Shown: positions 59,109-64,000 of the stretch, in pieces
Layout: every line of letters starts with the position of its first letter
How positions within the stretch are numbered: position 1 is the first letter of the stretch
From: a virus
Virus record (IMG/VR): IMGVR_UViG_3300017917_004390
Location: 1 to 64,000 of that record
DNA: 64,000 nt
Reading direction: 5' to 3' (one strand)
The notes under the pieces: model-generated
Told to the model about the DNA's origin: nothing
What the model saw: only the letters and a program-made list of their open reading frames with translations
The model's database searches: none
Program-made: the position numbers and the translations under genes

Positions 59109-59734
59109 AATTAGAAATTAATCGAAAATATTTACAGAAAGGCGATTTTAATACAACATCAGTTAGGAAATCAATATTATTATATAATACACCTGTTAAA
59201 GATATTGAAAAATATATTGAAATTTTAAATTGGAATAAAAAACATCCTAATTTCATTATAAATGATGATGGTGTTGTTTATAAGATATTAGAAGAAAATC
59301 AATATTCTAATTATTTTGCTGAATTTAAAGAATTTGATACTTATAATAAAGAATTTATATTAATAGCATTAACTAATTCAGGTTATATAGAAGAAAATCA
59401 ATATAATAATGAGGATAAAACTTTTTCAAGTTGGTGTGGAGAGAAAATACCTTTAGAAAAAGTAAAAACTGGTTTATTTAAAACACATACAAATAAAACT
59501 TACAATAGATGTGAAATGTATACTGAAAAACAGTATGATTCACTAGCTAATTTAAGTTATTACCTAATTAATAAATATAAAATTAATTTAAATTTTGTTT
59601 TTAATAGAAATCCAATTAATCTAACAATAGATAGCGGTATTTATGAAGATAGGACATTATCTTTGTTTAAAACATCATTAACTAATTGTTTTGATTATGA
59701 AAAATATCGAAATAAAGTAAAGGAGTTATTTTAA
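59099..59734 (+). CDS. Amidase_2 (N-acetylmuramoyl-L-alanine amidase)-fold protein, Zn ligands apparently lost
   Basis: 'ILLYNT', 'PNFIINDDGVVY', 'YTEKQYDSLANL..YL..KY.I'; expected His residues absent. Confidence 0.55.
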   Translation: MQLELEINRKYLQKGDFNTTSVRKSILLYNTPVKDIEKYIEILNWNKKHPNFIINDDGVVYKILEENQYSNYFAEFKEFDTYNKEFILIALTNSGYIEENQYNNEDKTFSSWCGEKIPLEKVKTGLFKTHTNKTYNRCEMYTEKQYDSLANLSYYLINKYKINLNFVFNRNPINLTIDSGIYEDRTLSLFKTSLTNCFDYEKYRNKVKELF

Positions 59735-60145
59735 ACCATCAAGTAACTCCTTTAAACTTTTTTGGTCATCTAATGACATTACACCAGTACTTTCAGTTTC
59801 TTTATCTTTTGGTGCATCTTTATTTTTCTTAAATTCAACCTCCTCTTTAATTTTAATAGCAGTCTTCATAACATCAACAAACTTTAAACTATTATTATTA
59901 ATATCATTAAGACATTTAAGAGCGTTACTACTTGAATTTTCAAGTGCTTGCATAATTTGTAGTTGAGTTTCACCATTATCATCTTCTAAGTCACTAGAAG
60001 TAAGTTCGCTTTGAATAGTTTCTATTACATTCAACTTCTTAATAGCAGTTAAACGTGTGTATTCTTGTTCACGACGAACCCTATTCAATTCCTTTTCGAG
60101 AGATTCAAAAGTTAATGTGATATTTTCTCTTTTATTTCTAGGCAT
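59726..60145 (-). CDS. Hypothetical helical protein
   Basis: 139 aa; preceded by a CTATTTA motif. Confidence 0.6.
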   Translation of the reverse strand: MPRNKRENITLTFESLEKELNRVRREQEYTRLTAIKKLNVIETIQSELTSSDLEDDNGETQLQIMQALENSSSNALKCLNDINNNSLKFVDVMKTAIKIKEEVEFKKNKDAPKDKETESTGVMSLDDQKSLKELLDGLK

Positions 60146-60197
60146 ATTTTTATTATAAATAGTAAAAAAATAAAATTCTATTTACAATAAAACTAGT

Positions 60198-62012
60198 ATG
60201 AAATTTAATTATAATAAGCGTAATTTTATTGAAATTAAAGAGGATATTAAAAACAATATTAAATTGAATTATCCGGATGTTTTTAATAATTTTGAGGATA
60301 ATTCTGTAGGTAGTGTTTTTATTGATATTTTGGCTGCATCAAGTGAAGCTTTATATTATAATTTAGATAGAAGTGTTCAAGAAACACAAATTGAAAACGC
60401 TCAATTAAAAAAATCTCTTTTTAACATAGCTCAAACTTTAGGTGTTAAACTTTTCAATAAAAAAGCTGCTATTACATTAGTTGATATTACAGTTAGAGTA
60501 CCCGCAAATGGTGATACATATTCAAGAGAGTATTTACCAATAATTAAAGCTGGTACACAATTTAACAGTAATAATACAGTAGCGTTTGAATTAATTGATG
60601 ATGTTGATTTTAGTAATGAATATTCTACTGATGGTTTACCTAATAGAACTATCATACCTGAAACAAATAATTTAAACCAAATAGTGAATTATGTTATAAC
60701 TAAAAGAGAAATTGTTTATAATGGTAGTACAAAAATAGCGAATGTTTTAATTGATGAAAATCTTAGTAGACCATTTGCTACATATATTTTACCAGATTTG
60801 AATGTTTTATCAATTGAAAGTGTTATACTTAAAACAGGTGTTATAACCGAAACACCTACTCAGACAGAATTTAATGATACTAGTTTAAGATACTTTGAGG
60901 TTGATTCATTAGCTCAACCAAATGTTTTTATTGATGACCAATCTTTCCAATCCAATCAATCTTTTAAAAAGGGTAAATGGTATGCTGCAACTAAAAAATT
61001 CATTAAAGAATTCAACGAAAACGGTGTATGTCGATTAACTTTTGGTGGTGGTAATGGTGATTTACCTAATTTTACTGATAGTCTCAACAATATTAAAACG
61101 ACTAGTAAAATAGCCAATTATCTTTACAATACTGCATTAGGTGAAACACTTCCAATTAATTCGACTTTATTTATAAAATATAGGATAGGTGGTGGTGCAG
61201 AAACTAACGTACCTGCTGGTAGTATTAATTCTATATCAAATCCAATAATTGAAATTAATGGTATTAACCCTACTTTAAATGAAACGGTTAGAAATAGTAT
61301 AACAGTTAATAACCCAATTCCTAGTTTTGGTGGTAGAGATTCTTTAACCGTTGATGAATTAAGAAATTTCATAAAATATAATAATTTAGCCCAATACAGA
61401 AGTGTTACTCTTTTAGATTATTATAGTAATATTTATAATATGCCGGGTAAATATGGTATGCCATTTAAATTTATCGCTTCAAAAGAAGATAATAAGGTTA
61501 TAATTTCAATATTGGGGTTAGATTCGGAAAATAAACTTAATAATACATCAACAAATTTATTAAAAGAGAATATTTCCGAATATTTATCTGATAATAGAAT
61601 GTTAAATGATTATGTAGAAGTTAGGGACGGTAGAATTTATAATTTAGGTTATGAAATAACAGTTTTAGTTGATAATAATACATCAAATGACTTTAATATC
61701 ATAACAAATGTAACGAAAGAGTTATATAAATTTCATTCAATTTATAAAAATAATATGGGTGAAAATATTTATGTAGGTAAATTATATGAAGTTATCAATA
61801 ATATACCAAATGTGATTAACATAAACGGTTTTAAAATATTCAACTTAGTTGGTAATGGTTATTCAGATGATACCTTAAGTATTGGTATTAAAGATAGTAC
61901 AACTAATGAAATAGATACGAATGAAGGTATTATATATAATACAAATGATGGTATGTTTGAGATAAAATATACCACAGATATTAAGGTAACAATAAAAAAA
62001 TTAGGTAGATAA
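60198..62012 (+). CDS. Baseplate wedge protein, T4 gp6/baseplate J-like
   Basis: 'F.EIK..I...I...YPD..N.F...SVG..FIDILA', 'LTFG.G', 'YRIGGG..TN', 'GGRD', 'AQYRSVTL.DY'. Confidence 0.9.
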   Translation: MKFNYNKRNFIEIKEDIKNNIKLNYPDVFNNFEDNSVGSVFIDILAASSEALYYNLDRSVQETQIENAQLKKSLFNIAQTLGVKLFNKKAAITLVDITVRVPANGDTYSREYLPIIKAGTQFNSNNTVAFELIDDVDFSNEYSTDGLPNRTIIPETNNLNQIVNYVITKREIVYNGSTKIANVLIDENLSRPFATYILPDLNVLSIESVILKTGVITETPTQTEFNDTSLRYFEVDSLAQPNVFIDDQSFQSNQSFKKGKWYAATKKFIKEFNENGVCRLTFGGGNGDLPNFTDSLNNIKTTSKIANYLYNTALGETLPINSTLFIKYRIGGGAETNVPAGSINSISNPIIEINGINPTLNETVRNSITVNNPIPSFGGRDSLTVDELRNFIKYNNLAQYRSVTLLDYYSNIYNMPGKYGMPFKFIASKEDNKVIISILGLDSENKLNNTSTNLLKENISEYLSDNRMLNDYVEVRDGRIYNLGYEITVLVDNNTSNDFNIITNVTKELYKFHSIYKNNMGENIYVGKLYEVINNIPNVININGFKIFNLVGNGYSDDTLSIGIKDSTTNEIDTNEGIIYNTNDGMFEIKYTTDIKVTIKKLGR

Positions 62013-62013
62013 A

Positions 62014-63216
62014 ATGTTATTAAATTCAAAACAAAATATAATAGACACAATTAAATTTTATTCAACAATCGTTGATAGAAATGATATTGACTATAGTTTT
62101 GATAGTTTAAACACTAATAATCCTTTTGATTTTTTGTTATATATAATAGAAACAATTGTAGGTTCCGCTAATATTGATGAAATACTAAACGAAATATTAA
62201 CAAAATTAACACCAACACTTAATCAATCGGTTAAATCTATATTTTTTAATATTTTAAGTAAAGGAATTGATGAAAATCAAAAAATTAACCCAATATTTAC
62301 TAATATACCAATAGAAATACCACTATCATTTATTGATAAAATAGGTTTATTCCGTGATAATAATTTTATACCGGATGAATTGAATAATTTAATATATACA
62401 TCACTTAAATCACCTAATATTGATGTTGAAAATACCTTTTTTAAATTAAATTTTGATATTATAAATCAAAAAATAAGAGTATTACTAAAAAATGAGTTTA
62501 ATCTGCTTACATTAATAGAAGATTTATTGGTTAATTCTAATTTAGTCTTTTTAGATAAAGAAATTACTTTAAAATATTTATTTAATATACTTTTTGGTAG
62601 TATATTCAAGTTAAGTACATCTGATAATAAGTTAAATTATAGTATGATTAATAAAATTAGCGATAATTATATTAATGATGTTGAAAAACAGTTCTATAAA
62701 ATTAATTTAAAAACAGTTTTAAGTGATTATGATGACTTGATTAATAAAGTTGGTTTAGATATATTAGTTAATTGTGAAGTTGAACAAATAAATGTTTCAC
62801 AAGAAACCATTAATTTAGTTAATAATAGCGAAAGTCCTGTTAGTGTTATTACTGAGCAAATAAGTAATGTTATTAGTAATGAAAATGTTAATAAAAATAT
62901 AAAAAAAAATCTAATTAAAAATATATTAAAGTCGATTTTAATAGCAATTTTATCAGACCCTAAATTTAATTTTATTTTATATATTGTGAGTAAATTAAAA
63001 ACTCCCGATATAAATATAAACCCTAGAATAGATATATTTTATACAGAATTTTCAACGTTTTTTACTGATATTTTTGACCAAATAAGTGATATAATTAATT
63101 GTTTTCTACTTAACAAAGTATTAGCGATATTAAAAACTCTTACAAAACAAGTTATAACTAAATTATTAAGGGAAAGAACTGAAAATAGAATTAATATTAT
63201 TAACTCTTTATATTAA
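62014..63216 (+). CDS. Hypothetical protein (structural operon)
   Basis: 400 aa, coupled to the gp6-like gene. Confidence 0.6.
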   Translation: MLLNSKQNIIDTIKFYSTIVDRNDIDYSFDSLNTNNPFDFLLYIIETIVGSANIDEILNEILTKLTPTLNQSVKSIFFNILSKGIDENQKINPIFTNIPIEIPLSFIDKIGLFRDNNFIPDELNNLIYTSLKSPNIDVENTFFKLNFDIINQKIRVLLKNEFNLLTLIEDLLVNSNLVFLDKEITLKYLFNILFGSIFKLSTSDNKLNYSMINKISDNYINDVEKQFYKINLKTVLSDYDDLINKVGLDILVNCEVEQINVSQETINLVNNSESPVSVITEQISNVISNENVNKNIKKNLIKNILKSILIAILSDPKFNFILYIVSKLKTPDININPRIDIFYTEFSTFFTDIFDQISDIINCFLLNKVLAILKTLTKQVITKLLRERTENRINIINSLY

Positions 63217-63217
63217 A

Positions 63218-63613
63218 ATGATAAGTAATAAAAACAATGTTAAAGAAATTAATAAGGTATTAAAAAGAAAATCACCTATTAAATTAAATGAAATACCTGA
63301 CCAATTGATTGTTAATAGTCAAAATAGGAATGGTATGTCTGTTAATGTTGTTTTTGAAAAATATATTAATTTAAAAAAAGAACTTGGTTTACCAGTTGGT
63401 AATCTTGATGATGGTTCATTAAATATAGAAGATAAAATAGTTTATAATTTAATAAAATATATTTTAGAAGAAATACAAGTTAATTCAGCAATAACAACAT
63501 CTATTAAACCGGGTATAGCTATTGAGGCTCAGGGTGCAACTGCTGATGGTACACCAGTATTTGTCAAAGGACAAACGATTTCATTTGGTAATGGCGGTGC
63601 TGTTATCGAATAA
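63218..63613 (+). CDS. Hypothetical structural protein
   Basis: 131 aa, Gly-rich beta C-terminus. Confidence 0.55.
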   Translation: MISNKNNVKEINKVLKRKSPIKLNEIPDQLIVNSQNRNGMSVNVVFEKYINLKKELGLPVGNLDDGSLNIEDKIVYNLIKYILEEIQVNSAITTSIKPGIAIEAQGATADGTPVFVKGQTISFGNGGAVIE

Positions 63614-63629
63614 TTATGTATATTAGATT

Positions 63630-63929
63630 ATGAATGATAAAGCTATTGAGATTTTAAGAACTCCTAAATTTGATTTAGAAAAAATGAATAACGCTACTTT
63701 GGTAGAGTATGTTAATACATTAGCTGATTTCGAAGAAAAACTAAAAACGGAGTATCTTACCCAAGTAAAGAATGTTAAAGATTCTATAACAGAAAATACC
63801 TCTATGTTTCATATTGAAAAAAATAAAGAGTATCTTTTAAATTTGAGTAACATTTTAGATAATCAAGTTGTTTTAATAGAAAACAAATGGTTAGAATGTA
63901 TAACAATTTTACAAGAGAGAGCTAAATGA
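63630..63929 (+). CDS. Hypothetical protein
   Basis: 99 aa; preceded by TATATTAG. Confidence 0.55.
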   Translation: MNDKAIEILRTPKFDLEKMNNATLVEYVNTLADFEEKLKTEYLTQVKNVKDSITENTSMFHIEKNKEYLLNLSNILDNQVVLIENKWLECITILQERAK

Positions 63930-64000
63930 AACAACTTAACACTAAAAACGTTAAAATAACTAACAGAACCGAAAATACCGTTAGATTATTCAATGATTTA

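Noticed and set aside
2200-62050. Numerous short antisense or nested ORFs in the track (e.g. 2200-2580, 4071-4343, 9788-10054, 10757-11131, 34178-34504, 53850-54302, 61124-61372)
   Set aside because: They are shadows of long, motif-bearing genes on the opposite strand or frame, with no independent coding signal.
1-64000. Stop-codon reassignment, tRNA/rRNA genes, transposases, cas genes
   Set aside because: Conserved genes are full length and tightly packed under the standard code. No cloverleaf, rRNA-like GC-rich block, transposase or Cas motif was recognised by eye; tRNAscan and HMM searches were not run.

Overview
Very AT-rich (roughly one-quarter G+C), gene-dense segment of a large T4-like/jumbo myophage genome in the standard genetic code. 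The host is probably Bacteroidota (inferred from the lack of Shine-Dalgarno motifs, TAnnTTTG-like upstream motifs and the CRISPR repeat type). It carries virion and tail genes (S/T/G-rich fibres, baseplate gp6/gp25/gp53-like, hub with a GH73 lysin, tape measure, tail chaperone), replication and recombination genes (DnaB/gp41 helicase, RecA/UvsX, 5'-3' exonuclease, SSB, RuvC, SbcCD), a gp55-like sigma factor and a large glycosyltransferase island. Two features stand out. (1) At 56.5-58.4 kb, five tandem paralogous ~90-aa genes each end in a 36-bp CRISPR-type repeat encoded in frame as their C-terminus, followed by a unique ~30-bp spacer, several of them GC-rich and foreign-looking. No cas gene is present in the window. 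This is a candidate 'protein + embedded CRISPR unit' system. (2) The SbcD-SbcC nuclease gene is broken at its Walker A motif by an atypically split intein (17-aa IntN, 130-aa IntC), with the halves about 5 kb apart. All product calls come from motif recognition by eye; no database searches were run.
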